DNA of 64,000 bases from Geosiphon pyriformis uo1 (taxonomy: Eukaryota > Fungi > Glomeromycota). The position numbers and the translations under genes were made by a program. The notes under the pieces were generated by a model that made no database searches, had not been told where the DNA came from, and saw nothing but the letters and a program-made list of their open reading frames with translations. Every line of letters starts with the position of its first letter. The first letter of the stretch is position 1. The DNA is taken from positions 2,425,538-2,489,537 of the forward strand of contig JAAOMT010000128.1 of NCBI GenBank assembly GCA_016748015.1. The letters run 5' to 3'. Below are positions 1-14,223 of the stretch, piece after piece.

Positions 1-256
1 TTGCCAATTGCTTTAAACACCAAGTTACAGATTTGTTATTTGATTCAACACCCCAAATAGTCACCTATAACAATGCTAAGAAAGAAATTTGATGGAATTG
101 CAATTTTGAGAGGCTACTAAAACAATTATTGAATCTCTGTCTATTATACAAAGAACTTTACAATAAAATTTTCAGATACCAACACCTATATACTAATTGA
201 GCACCAAGTTACAGATTTGTTATTTGCTTTAAGACTCCAAATAATTATCTGTAACA
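1..256 (+). mobile_element. Two nested LTR 3' ends (1-72 inserted into a second LTR whose remainder is 73-256)
   Basis: Both end in the family terminus (cacctataaca at 72, atctgtaaca at 256) preceded by the (g)a(g/a)caccaagttacagatttgttatttg U5 motif seen in the other LTRs. Confidence 0.8.
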
Positions 257-1349
257 ACATTTTAAGAAGAAAACTTATTTAAGCACCAGTATTAATCTAT
301 TCAGATTACAGCAAGCCATTTATCATTACTACCAATGTATTTGGTCAAGTATTGAGAGCTGTATTGTCACAAAAAAGAGCAAATAGACAAAAAAATCCAG
401 TAGCATATGCCAAGAGAAGTTTAAGTCCAGTTGAAAAAAACTATAAAACTCTAGCATTAAAACATTTAGCTATTTATTAAACTATTATCAAATAGAAAAA
501 ATACTTTAACCAAAAGTTTGATGTATATATTGATCACAAAGAATTGATATTTATTCAGAAACAAGAATTTAAAAACAATTGTCATGCAAGATAGAAAATA
601 AAATTATCACTATTTAATTATACTATACATTATAAAAAGAGAAAAAAAATAGAAATACTGACAGTTTATTGTGAATATAACAAATCTAAAAACATTTTAA
701 CCCAAAAATATAACAAAAGATAAACACACAAAAATATTAAAACTATTTTAGGTCATAAATTAACAATAATTAAACATAGAAATTGTTATTAATCATCAAA
801 CAATTTGCTATTGAAACACCAAAAAAGAAAAAAAAGCAAGAAGCATTCCATATTAGTGACTACAGAATCAAACAAAGTACTGATTAGACAAAGTCATAAA
901 AAAAGTAAAAAACACTTTTGGAAAAATACCACAAATAAGCCCAACAGAAAAGTTAATCAAAGAAAACTAAAAGCTATAAATGAAACAACTTCTAATATTA
1001 TACTGTTATTACTAATTGAAACAAAAACTGAATATTCAGAAATTATATATTAACAAATCCAAAAAAATATTCAATCAAAAAATAATACAACAGATTGAAG
1101 ATTTTATTGGAAAGAAAACAGACTATACATCAAAACAATTTACCAACTACACACTATATTTTAAAACTATTCAGAAATATTACTATACTAAAAAATTGAA
1201 ACAATAACTGTTAACCAGTGAAAAAAATGAACAACTCTCAATGTGAAAAAATAAGAAACAAAATTGAACAAACAATATTAGAAAAAAAGTAATAAACTTA
1301 ATCCAAAATAAAAATTTTAACAAAGCTCAATATTAAAAAAAACGAATAA
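257..1349 (+). pseudogene. Degenerate Gypsy 3' internal region: RNase H, integrase N-terminal stub, deletion, ORF3, PPT
   Basis: Collinear with 57350-57870 (ILRRKLI*APVLIY, PVAYA, EKNY). ORF 1016-1207 matches ORF3 (NIQKLY..K.IF...IIQQIEDFIGK) and the region ends FNKAQY* before a purine tract. Confidence 0.8.
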
Positions 1350-2255
1350 TATTACTCATAGAAAAATACAAAAAAAAAGTAGAAAAAACAATTAGAAAAA
1401 ATAGACCAATAGGAGAATAGTATTTAGCAAGTAAGCACAATATCAGAAATTATAACATATTGTTCAGCAATATGCATATTGTGAATAAATTATGACATAC
1501 TGTTTAGCAATAAAAGTATTGTCAAAAAATCATAGCACATTACTCAGCAATGAGAACATTGTCAGAAAAAATAGAGCATATTGCTTAAGAAAATATGAGA
1601 TCTTATATAACAAAAATTATGTATATATAGCAAGAGTATTAGAAGCAAAAAAGACAAAATCAATACTAACAATCAATTAATTATTCAATACTCTTTTCTT
1701 TAAATAGTAATTTTTTACAACTTGAAACAGAATCAAATTACATATTAATAAAATATTTATTATTATTTGAATTCATGTTATCATTACTTAATTAAGAAAT
1801 ATTAATCACTTTTACTTTATCAACACTCTATGTTAATAAAATTCAACACTTAACCATATTAGATCAATAGTTCTTAATCATAGCTATTAATAAAATACTA
1901 ATTTCTTAATTTTTTATTTTTTTTTATTATTATTTACTAATTAATTAAAAAAATTAAATACTAAGTTATTGATATCAAAAAAAACAGGTAAAAAATCTGT
2001 GAAACAAAGATAAAAACTCGAAAAGTAAAAATAGCTTACCAAAAGAAACTGGCCATTAAGCTAAGAAAAAAATTCACAAAATAAGCTTTTAAAAGAGTAC
2101 TAAAACAATTATTGAATTTCTGTTTATTATATAAAAAACTCAACCAAAATTTTTAAATTATGAAAACTTTTAGAAAATACCAACTATATAAGCTATTGAA
2201 CACCAAATTACAGGTTTGTTATTTGTATTAATACTTTAAATAATTACCTATAATA
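1350..2255 (+). mobile_element. LTR shared by an upstream and a downstream internal region
   Basis: tattactcata (decayed tgttactcata) to cctataata; U3 tandem repeats; TATA tatatatag near 1622; PPT upstream and decayed PBS (tagtgcttcttgtaag) downstream. Confidence 0.75.
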
Positions 2256-5200
2256 TTTAGTGCTTCTTGTAAGATATAATTTAGTAGAGAACAAGCAGTA
2301 TCAACAACTATTTGAAAAAGTAACAAACCAAAAAATCATAGAAAAAAATTACTTAAGATTTGCAAAATTCTTATTTTAATATTATCAAACTTATTTTGGA
2401 CTAACAAATAATTATTGGCCAGCAGAATTAGTTTTTAAGTTCTATGTTAATAAAAAAATTATACACTATTTGGAAGGCCAAAAAAATCTAGAAGCTACTA
2501 GTAAAAATTTCTACAGTAAATTACTACAATACACTAATCTTTTATAAAATCATAGTTTTGTTCCAATAATTACAGAAATAAATTGCAAGATTAAAAACTA
2601 TACCAAACAAAAATTTTCTATTATTATTATTAACAAAGAAAAAAAGAAATTACAAACCCCAGTAGAAACCTCAACAAAAATACAACTACTTATTTAAAAG
2701 AAACCAAAAGTTATTTTACATGCCTAAAAGTACTATTCAGATAATATTAAAAGTTATATTTATAATAAAAACATTATTAACATGAGTACTATTTCAAAAT
2801 AAACAAAAAAAAACCAAATTGTTAAGAACTTATAACAATTATTTTGAAAAATTTAAATTATAATTAATAATATCATTAGAACTTTAATTACTACTAGTTT
2901 AATCTAATTTCAAATTTATTAGTAATTGAGTAAATACTAAATTGGAAAAAAAATAGTGATTAGGAAAATAATAATTAAAATCTAATTCCAAATATCTTTA
3001 AAAATTAAATTCTAATTGTTTGAAATCAGCAAAACCCAAATAATTTAAATTTTGTTTTTATTATCTAACAAAACCTATCTCTAATTATTCAAATCAATCT
3101 ATTACCAATTATACTAATAGCCCTTTTATTACAACAATACCAATAACAATCACTATTAGTATCAATGGCTTATGTACTAATTATAAAACTAAAATAATTT
3201 ACTGGCAAAAAGAACAATATCTAATTATAATTAAATAATATAACAAAAGCTATTACAGCCAATTGATAAGACAATGCTAAAGTTTTTTAAGCCATCTTAT
3301 ATTTTCTACAAGATATTGTTAACTTATAGTATTAAAGTCTTATAAATAAATCTAATAACTTTAACATGTTTAAATCTGTATTTTTATAGTATTTTAGTGA
3401 TTATAATAGCATTAATTAGCTATTAACTGGCTTTACTACAATTAAACAAGGTAATACAGAAGCAATTACTATTTATTTGGAACACTTTCACAGAAATCTG
3501 CACCAAATTCAAGCATTTAATGCTAACTACTTTATAGTATCACATATTTTAAACCAATTTATTTGTAAATTATACAGCAGTTTGTTATAATAAATATGTC
3601 TATTATATTCAAACCCATTTTAAAATACAGTTATCTATGCTAGAAATTTTAAATTAACTAAGTTTAAAGCCACAAAATCCAAGTCATAAATTTAGTAATA
3701 AATAGATCATTTGAATTAAATACCAAATTAAAGCAATTTGGAAAAGCAATTAATTAAAAGATTAAAGAATACTTAGTTAACAACCAAACAATTTATCAGT
3801 TTTTTCAATTTTATAACAATTCAAAAAATTATAATTGTAATATAAATTAGTTATATATATTATTATCAATATCAACAAATTAATTATAGCAGCAAAAAAT
3901 GCATATCTGTTATTATTATCACAAACAAAAACATATTAAAACAGATTACTATTTAAAAATAAATAACTTATGATTGAAAAATCAAAATAGAAATTTTGAT
4001 TGCAAATTTCAAACCCAGAATTATGTCAGTAATTTGTTATCAAAACAATATCAATATTAGTCTTTATTATTCTTAAATAATACAGCCAATATATATATTT
4101 TTAATTTATTAAACTTTAACATCAATAATTTATTAAGTTCTACAGTTATTAGTTATTTATTAATCTCAATAAATTCAAACACTACTTTAAATTTCAACTT
4201 AAATACCAACTGGAAACCAAAGACTAAGAGTTATGTACATTCAACAAAATTGGAAATTAACAATGATTATACACCAATTAATCTTTAGTTTTTCAAACTA
4301 GTTATCAAGATTACACTAACAAAATTCAAGAAATATATATGCCTAAAACCCAAATTTCTAGAACTATTTAAGTTTTCTAGTAATCTCAGAAATTACTACA
4401 CTCAACTTATTAAAAATTAACCAAAAACTACTAATCAACAACATTTTATTAGCAATTATTACAAAAGACAAATCTTTAGCTATTATATTTCTATTTAAGT
4501 TGAAAAACCAAATTAAAATCTCATTATTTAGTAAAGTCATTTTAAACACTAAATTAATTATTGTTATATACATTGATGCCAAAGTTAATGGTTAATTTAT
4601 CAAGTTAATCCTTAATAATAATTTAGCAAACAGCATTATTACATAATAACTTATGAACTAATTAGGTTGTTAAATTGATTAAACTGCTAATGCCAAAATT
4701 ATTACTGCCAATAGAGTAATAAAGACTTTTATTAACAAAATTAATGACTTTTTTTTCAAAATTAATAGTATTATCATATCAATTAAAGTTTTAATTATAG
4801 AAGTCATGTAATATCAAGCTCGAATTAGTAATAATTGATTGTTCAAAACCAATATTATGCTTGACTAAAATACCCAAGAACTTTAGCTCAACTATAATAG
4901 TCAGCAAAATTGAATACTGGCTATTTGCAGTTATTTTAAAATTTCTTTAAAAGAATAATTATTGGTTAAATTGAAAAAAAAAAAGAAAAAATCTATCTGA
5001 AAAGTATACCAAGTATTATGGACTAATAAAAAACACAATAAATTGTTACCAATACTTATTTGAAACAAAAAAAGAAAAAAAAAGAGAAAAATGAATTTTA
5101 AGCCATTAACTCTACAAAAAAACTAGCAAATAATTGGCTTATTCCATATTTAACACCAGTACTAAAAAAACACTCACTCTATATTCCATTTAGATGCATA

Positions 5201-7714
5201 AATTATAACAAAAAGCTTTTATTTATGAAAGTTTGTATTTTGTTAAAAAAAAATACAAAATACATACCTGTTACTATTGTAAACCATGTTACTGAGAATG
5301 CTTTAGATAACCAAAATAACAAGAAAAATAAAACAACAAATCTTGTTTAGTCTGTAAAAAAACTCTATTCAACAAAAAAATATGGAATAACATTTTTGGT
5401 CAAGAAAAAACATGCAATATATTATATTAATATACAATTTTTATTAATAACTAGATAAACAAAGAAACATCTTTTAATGCTATATGGAACCAAGTTCTTT
5501 TATGCTTGAATAATTATCTACATAACAAAGACAAAATTTGGAAAATGACAAGTATTAAAGTCAAAGATGCTTTATTTAATAAAATATTAATAATTAAGAA
5601 CAACTTACTAGAACTTGTTAAAACTGTTTTTATTTCCAATTAAACATTTTTGTTAATATTATAAATAACCTAAAACAATTCCATAAATATTACCAAAATC
5701 TAGCATTTACATAAAAAGAGCAAGAGCAGTATTTAAAATAATTAAACATTAAACTTTGTAAATATTGCTTAATTTCCAATAACTTCAAATACTGTGATAA
5801 TTGTAATTTTATTTACAATCTATTATTGCACATAATATATTTAATTCTCAAAGAAAAAAAACCAATTAGCAGTTGTGCTTCAAAATTGAAATTAAAATTT
5901 AATCTTAATTCAAATTTTGATTTAAACTTTAAATAATACATTATATTTTCTAAAGAACAAAAACTTAAATAATTTAATAATAATAATAAAAATATTATAT
6001 TAGAATGTATACATAATATTAATGCAAGATTCAATCTCAAATATTTTAAAAAAGATGTCATTATCTTAAAATCTAATATATATACTTGTATAGTTCTAAA
6101 AATAGCCTTGGAAATTTTGACAACAATAATAATTTAATTAGGATTTAAATTTAACTTAGCTAAGAAAAAAATCAACATCAAAAAAAGAATAATTAATGCA
6201 GAATATGTAGAAAATATTATTGTAATACTACAAAATAAATCAAAAAAGACTTATACAAAAAAATAATACAGAAAATATTTTTATCTCTGATCAAAATAAC
6301 TTAATTAGTGTTAATAAAAACAAAAAAAAAGTTAAAAATTATAACAAAAAAAATAAATGGATTTGAATTAACAAAAAAAATAGAGATATCAATTAATATA
6401 ACAGAGAGAAAAATAATTGATTAAAGAGAATTTATCTTCACTTATTAATCAATTTTTATTCTATTATATGATTAATATATATTAACAATAGAAAAAAAAA
6501 TAAAGAGTCAAATTCAGATTTTTAAATAGAATCTACTTTTTGTAAGTCAAAAAAAATTGTCATTACCAATCTATATTTGCCAATTAAAAACCACAAACAT
6601 ATTAGAATTTTAATATACAATATCAACAGAAACTCATTAGAATTATTAAGTAGAACTATTATTAGGTATTTAAGCATTAAAATTAAAAATTAAGCACCAA
6701 TTATTATTTCAGATTTTTCACAACTTTGTAAATATGTGGATATTATATTATTAGTTATTTATAAACAAAAAGAATGCTATTTATTACAGTCAAAATAGTT
6801 AAAACAAATAAACTTAAGAAATTTAGAATTACTACAACATATGTAAATTAAGTTGTTACTCAACAATTTTATTAATATCTTTATAAGTGAAAATAAATTT
6901 GGCAGAACTGATATTATTTAACACCAAATTAAAACTGGAAATACTATACTAATTAAACAAAAAACATACTAAATACTATCTTTTAGCCATAAAATAATCT
7001 AATAAAAAATTAATTAAATGTTAAAAAATAAGATAATTTAAGTATCAATAAATTTTTAATTATTATTAATAGTATTTATTTAAAAAAAATAGAAAAATTT
7101 GCTTTTGTGTAGATTACAGAAAACTTAATAATATTATTCATAGAAACAACTATTCAACTCCACAAATTTAGAAATTATTCAATGTTTTTAGTAGAAAAAA
7201 ATAGTTTTTTATACTAGACTTAGATAGTAGTTATTAACAAGTAGTCATAAGTTTAATTGATAAAAAAAAATAGTATTTACCATTAGAGAAAAAATTTTAA
7301 ATTCAATATTATGTTTTTTGGCTTAATTAATATTTTAGTTACTTTTTAATGACTAATAGAAATTGTTTATACTAAATTGCTATAGAAATCAATAGTATTT
7401 TACTTAAACAATACCAATATATTTTTCAAAACATTTAATAATTACTTCTATTATCTTCAACAAATGTTTAAAAGATTAAGAAAAACAGAATTAAAGTTGA
7501 ATACCACTAAATGCTTCTTTGAAAAAACAAAACTTAAGTTTTTGAGATATGTTGTGAGTAAAACAACATAAAAACAGATTCAGACAAGATTGAAATAGTT
7601 AAAAACTTTTTAGTACTAACAAACTTAACTAAATTAAGAGTATTTTTAGGATTTATAAGATACTATTACTTTTCTATTTAAAACTTCTCCAAATTGGCTC
7701 AATTATTTTACCAG
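2256..7714 (+). pseudogene. Element E: heavily decayed gag-PR-Cys-rich-dUTPase-RT
   Basis: Collinear with 35372-39337 and with 48941-46507; recognisable YIDAKVNG (protease), NARFNLKY (dUTPase) and FCVDYRKLN (RT) remnants; interrupted by the LTR at 7715. Confidence 0.85.
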
Positions 7715-8566
7715 TATTATTCATAAAATATAAAAAATATATTAGCATATAAATTAGCCAATCAAAAATAGTCATAGTAAATGTAGAATTCCAGGATTTC
7801 TCTTAAGAAGAATTGCAAGATTCCAAAAATTTCAGAATTCTTATACAAGGAATCACAAGATTCTAAAATTCCAGGATTTTTCTCAAAAAGAATTGCAGAA
7901 TTTCAGAAATTTCAGAATTTCTGATATGAAGAATCGAGGAATTGAGGAATCTCAATTATGTATATATAACAGTAGTATTAGAAGTAGAAAAAAACAGACC
8001 TTTCAGTTTAGATTTAATCTAAGCAACCTTTCTATTCACAAATATTAATAAATAATTATTCACTATCTTAATCTACTCCTTACTATCAACACTTTATATT
8101 GATAGTAATTGATACTTAAAACCATGTTGAAACAATAACTCTTGATTATAGCTATTAACAGGATACTAACATGCAAATTACCTTGGCTTATTTTCTTATT
8201 TTCTTGTTTTTTTTCTTGCTTTATTTTTGTTGTTATTTTGCTAACTTGATTAAAAAAATTTACACATGGAGATATTGACATCAGGATATAGCACTGGTAA
8301 AAGACCCAGAAATAAGAGTAGATACTCGGAATTAAGGATATCTTATCAGGAGAATTACTGGCCATCATGCTAAGAAAAAAATTAACAAAACTGCAGTTTT
8401 GGGAAGCTATAGATAAACCTATCAATTAAATTTCTGTCTATTATACAAAGAACTCAACCAAAACCTTCAGATACAAACAACTTACAGATATTACCAATGT
8501 CATCAATTGAGCACCAAGTTATGAGTTTGTTATTTGATTTAAGATCCCAAATAATCACTTGTAATA
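7715..8566 (+). mobile_element. 5' LTR of element F
   Basis: tattattcata to cttgtaata; CCAAT box agccaatc, gaattccagg repeats, TATA near 7961; followed by PBS. Confidence 0.85.
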
Positions 8567-8568
8567 TT

Positions 8569-8584
8569 TGGTGCTCTCTGTGAG
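8569..8584 (+). promoter_or_regulatory. Primer binding site (TGGTGCTCTCTGTGAG)
   Basis: Begins TGG 2 nt after the LTR end; same motif at 35374, 40181 and 55933 (minus). Confidence 0.85.
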
Positions 8585-8625
8585 ATATAATCTTACAGAG
8601 AACTAGCACTAACAACAATCCAAAA

Positions 8626-11250
8626 GTGGCAAAACCAAAAAAAATAGGGACAAACCATTTAGAATTTGCCAAATTTTTATTTCAACACTACTGTCAACAC
8701 TTGGAATTAACCAGCAATCACCTATCAGCAAAATCAGTCTTTAATTTCTACATCAATGAAAAAATTTCATATTTGCTAGGAGTATCAGTAAAAACTAACT
8801 TAGCCAGAAGAAATTTCTACAACAAATTAATCCAAAATACCAGCCTACTAGCAAATTATAATTTCACAGCAATCTTTACTAAAATCAACAGAGAAATTGA
8901 AAATCACATTGAAGAAAGATACCCAATTACTTATGCAAATAAAGGCAAAAAAAAATTACAAATATCAGCAGCAACACCAAAAAAAATACAATTGCCAATG
9001 TAGAAGAAACAAAGAATTGAATCTCTACTATATTCATTATATTATTATACATCCAGAAGTACCATCAACATTGCATTAATAGGTATATCCATATTAAATG
9101 TGACATTAACATTTGAATGACTTCCATTTCAAAGTAAACAAAAGAAAGCAGAATTATTAAGAACCTACAGCAATTACTTTGAAAAATTTAAATTGCAATT
9201 GCCAATGCCATTAGGATTCCAATCACCACCATCTTCACCAAATTTCGGAACTGCAAGTCCTTGAGAGATAATGGCATCAGAAGAAGAGGAAAAAAAGGAT
9301 CAAGAATTTAATTATCAAAAGCCAATTACAGAAAATTCAAAAGTTGAAACTCTGAATATTCAAACTCAGCAAACACAGAACAATCCAAACTCTGAGTTAA
9401 TTAATCAGCAAAACTTATCTCCAAGAATTGTCATTAATTAGCAACCAATTAATTTGATTGCTAAACAACTTTAACAGCTGCCAATATTATCTTAACAATT
9501 ACCACTTCAACTACCACAACAACCAAACTTGGATTCAATGGTCTACACTTCAATAGCAAAACTTGAAAAATTTACTGGCAAAAAAAACGATGCCCAAGTA
9601 TGGCTAAATGATGTGAAAAAAGCCATCGCAGCCAATAGATAGGATGATGCCAAAGCTATACAAGCCATCTCTTATTTTCTTTAGGATATTGCCAACTCTT
9701 GGTATCAAAGTCTGGTCAACAAACCCCAAGATTTTAATGCCTTCAAGCTTGAATTTCTATGATATTTTAGCAACAATAACAGCATCAACCAGTTAAGCAA
9801 CACCTTTATCACCATAAAACAAGGGGAAACTGAAACTGTCACTACTTACTTGAGATGCTTCTATAGAAATCTGCTCTAAATACAAGCAATTGACACTGAT
9901 TATTTCACAATGGCTTAAATCCTAAATTAATTTATTTGCAGATTACACAGCAGCATTCTGTAATACATACATTTACTGTATCCAGCCAATTTGCAAATCA
10001 CAGTTACCAATGCTAGAGATTTTAAAGCTGCTGAATTAGAAACTAACTATGTCCAAGCCATAAATCTAGTCATGAATAGATTATCTAACTTGAATTCCAA
10101 ATTGAAACAACTTAGTGATTCAATTAATTAGAAATTAGAAAGATACTTAGCTGGCAATCATGTAATTTATCAGCCACCCCAATAATGCAATAATTCCAGA
10201 AATGTGAATTGCTCTTAAAATTAGTCGTGTCTGTCATTATTATTTAATTAATTATGACAGCAAGAGATGTATATTTGTTACAACTGTGGTAAACAAGATC
10301 ATTTGAAAATTAACTGCTGTTCTTATAATAATAATTCATAATTGGGAAATTAATATCAAAACCCCAATCACAGATTTCAAACTCCGAATCAATACCCAAA
10401 TCAGGATCAATACTCACTTTATTACATTACCACAATATAGCATTATTATCTATCAATAATATTTTACAATTAAGAATACAATAAATACTAGTCCAATCAG
10501 ATAAAATTCTACAAGATCTGAAACCAATCATAATTATCAATACAAACATGTTAAATTGATTAATCAAAACAGTATATAAAAATGGTATATGCAACAAAAG
10601 CAACAATAAAAAATGGAAATTACCAATGATATTCACTTATTTACACAATAACTATTTTAACTAATTCAACAACAAAACATAAAAATCACAATCAACCAAC
10701 AAACTATTTGATACAAAGAAAATAAAAAGAAAATTCAATACAAAGTACATGAAAAACCAAAAAACACTATAGACAAGATAATAGCAAAAGTAAAATTGTC
10801 AATGGATATACCAAAAACAATTATATTATATTAAGAAGTGACAAAAAAAAACTTGAAATTGGTGAATATAACAATTTCTAAGAAATTTTTGTTATTATTA
10901 CTTGGGATAAAACCTGAATATTTAGAACTTATATATGGATAAAACAAAATGATTATTCAATACAACAATATTACAACAACTAGAACAATTTGTAAGAAAA
11001 AACAATCTGTTTACATAAGCATGAGCCATATATTGGCTACATACAGGATTTTAAGATTGATCAGCAATTTTACTTAATCTTATGATAGATACAATTACCA
11101 TTAACCAATTGGATAAAATGACCAATACCCAATTTGAAAAATTACAGATCAAAATAACACAAATAATTCTCAAAAAAGAAGTTCAAGAGTTAATCAAAAA
11201 TAAAAAGTTAAAAAATCTCAATAGAACTTAATATTAAAAAGAAGAGATAA
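8626..11250 (+). pseudogene. Element F internal: gag (capsid-like domain, CCHC knuckle) joined near 10420 to an integrase tail, ORF3 and PPT
   Basis: MVYTSIAKLEKFTG...QVWLNDVKKAIAAN; CYNCGKQDHLKINC; 10425-11236 collinear with 59095-59910. Confidence 0.8.
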
Positions 11251-12166
11251 TATTACTCAAAGAATATAGGAACTATATATTAATACACAAATTAGTTAAT
11301 CAGAATAAAACATAGTAAAAGTAGAATTTCAGGATTCTTCTTAGAGGAATTGCAAGATTTCAGAATTACAGAATTTTAATATAAAGGATTACAAGATTCT
11401 TCTTAAAGAATTACAGGATTTCAGAAATTTCAAAATTTTTGGCTAAAGAATAGAAAAATTTAAGAAATTTTATATAATGAAATTTATGTATATATAGTGG
11501 TAATGGTAGAAGCAAAAAAAAACAGAATCCTTAACTAGAATCTTCAGTTCCAATTTCCATATTCATTTCTTAATATGATAGTATTTTATAACTTAAAGTG
11601 AAAACATCAAATACCAATAAAATATTTATTACTATTATAATTCATTCTTTTACTATTAATTATTTATGTTAATAATTGCTAATACTTAACTACACTAGAC
11701 CAATAGCTTTTAATTATGACTATTAATGAAATATTAACTCTTTCTTGTCTTGGCTTATCTATTTATTTATTTATTTATTTATTTTCTTTTGTTTTGTTGA
11801 TTATTTATTAACTGATTAAAAAAAATTAAGCACTAAATAATTGACATTACAGATAGCCTGATAAAAGATCTTAAAGCAAAGGTATAGAGTTTAAAAATTT
11901 AAGAATAGCTTACCAGAAGAACATAACTGCCAGACTAAACTGGCCACTACACTGAAAACAGAAATTAGATGGAATTGCAATTTTAAAAGACTGTTAATTC
12001 AATTATTGAATCTCTGTCCATTATACAAAAAATTCAACCAAAATCTTTAGATTACAAAAACTTTCAGACAATCAAAATCTTCAAAAATTACCAATAATAT
12101 CAACTATTGAGCACCAAGTTATGGATTTGTTATTTATATCAACATCCCAAATAATCACCTGTAACA
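11251..12166 (+). mobile_element. 3' LTR
   Basis: Preceded by PPT aaaaagaagagataa; tattactc to cacctgtaaca; same internal modules as the other LTRs. Confidence 0.85.
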
Positions 12167-12348
12167 TTATCTTTGGATAAGTTTTCTTTTGTTGTATTAA
12201 CTTAGCATAATCTGATCTGGTTTAAATAGCTAATTATATATAGAAAACACATAAGCTATATTTAGTACCAGAATACTTAGTTTGTTTCTAATTTCTAAAT
12301 AGTGGTTGGGCTTTGCTTGTTAAATCTAATAAAAAAAATAATAATAAT
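12167..12348 (+). mobile_element. 3' end of an ORF1-only LINE-like retroposon with TAA/A tail
   Basis: Aligns with 32257-32430 (ctttggataagttttct ... tail). Confidence 0.65.
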
Positions 12349-12539
12349 TTACAGTCAAAATTTTCTGTAAAAAAAGTAACTTTTATTGCAAAATAATTAA
12401 TATTATTAAAAAACTTACAGTTAAAAACTTTTGTAAAAAAATTAACTTTTATTATAAAATAATTACATAAAAATTATTAACATAAAATTGGTTATTTTAT
12501 TATAAGTTTAACAGCATAAACAATTTAAAGTATAAAAAT

Positions 12540-13700
12540 ATTTTAAAAATAAATAAATTGTTAAAAGTTTAAAAATTTCTATTAACAATAGAATTAAAAA
12601 TAGAATTAATATTTACAATATTAAAATAAATAACTAAAATTTTTAGTAAATTAATTAGTTTTTATTTTAATATTTAATAAAATTAAATTGGTTTATATTA
12701 AAATAGTGTTTTAGTTTTTGTATAAATTTATTGATTTAAAATTGGTTATTAAAAAAATATAAAATTTTTTTCTATTAAGTTCATATTTATTAGATTAAGT
12801 TTGTTAAATTATTTTTTTTACTATTATTAAAATTGCAAAATCTTTTATAGTATCTAAATTCGCTTTTTTATTTATTACTATAATTTTTTAATAATATTTT
12901 TTTAAGTGTTTTAATATAATTAAAAATGTTTAATATTAGCTTAAAATTTGTTAGTTTATGATAATATATTATTGTATATTTCAAGTTTTTTGAATTTAGT
13001 TGGTTTTAATAATAAAAATTTTTTTTACTAAATAAAAAAATATAATTGTCTTTAATAATGTATTTAAAACCAAATTAATTAGTTTTTTTGGTTATACAGT
13101 TTGTAAAATTAGTAATTAAACTTGTTTTATTTTTTTGGTTTTCTGATAATTACCAATAAAAATTTGTTATTGTTATTTTTGAGTTCAAAAAAACATCTAA
13201 AAATACTGTTATTAAGATTAATATTTTGTAAAAAAGTTATATTTAATAAAAAACTTTAAAGTATTAACATTGTTATAAGTGTTAAAGTTTTGAATACTTG
13301 GTTTTTGGTTGTAAAGCTGTTTGCTAGTTTACAAGGTTTTTTTTAAGTTTTTTGTTATATTTAAGATTCTGGTGTATTAATTTGCTAATTTAATATTTTA
13401 TGCCAAAACTGCTGTTCTTTTATTGTTGTAAATATTTTTCAATATAATGTATTATTTTAAGTTAGATTTTCTTAAATATAAATTGTAAAATCTGTTTAGT
13501 ACAATAAAATCTGTTGCTAAAAAAATCGGTTTTTTGGTAAATTCAGTTACATTTCTTATAACTGTTCAAATGAATCCATTATTTAAAAAAAATTTGACTG
13601 AAAAAAATGGTTTAATAACAACCAAAAATTGCTGTTATTTTTTAAAAATACTTTTAAAATGTGTTGTTTAGATATCTTTATTATTAAGACAACCTTTTAT
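12540..13700 (+). mobile_element. Very old AT-rich relic of the same ORF1-like element
   Basis: Patches align with 30900-31900, for example ttatattaaaatagtgtttttagtttttgtata and ttaaaattgcaaaatcttt. Confidence 0.55.
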
Positions 13701-14223
13701 TTATTTATAATAACAAAAATAATAGTTTTTTTAAGTTATTAAATCATTTGTGTTAATAAATAATTATTAATTTATCGTATTTAATTAATTATTATTAATG
13801 ATTAAATAATGTCAAATTCTTGTAATTTTATGTTATATAGTATTATCACATTAATATTATATTTAAGATATTGGTTTATCTATAATACATTGAAAATAAA
13901 ACATTGAGATTTTTTTATAAAATTGGTTTTTGGTCGCTAATCATCTTTTTAAACCACCTTTCAATTTCGAAGATTAAAAATACTGCACATAATGTACTAC
14001 CCGATAGCATTCTTGCCAAAAGACCCCTTTCTTTTGTAACCTCCTATTTCTCGTTGTACCATTTTCGTGGGAAAATATGTTAAATGAATTAAAAATTACC
14101 TTGACAAGTTAAAAAAATTCCTACCCGTCTTATTACTTGACGTTTTCTTTTAAAACTAACCGGTTTCATCAATCTTTTACCTCTAACCGTGTATTTTGCT
14201 TAAGGCAACGAATTTAAAAAATA

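Noticed and set aside
257-13900. Alternative genetic code or organellar/endosymbiont DNA explaining the many in-frame stops
   Set aside because: Stops differ between copies and follow C>T/G>A decay; adjacent spliced host genes use the standard code
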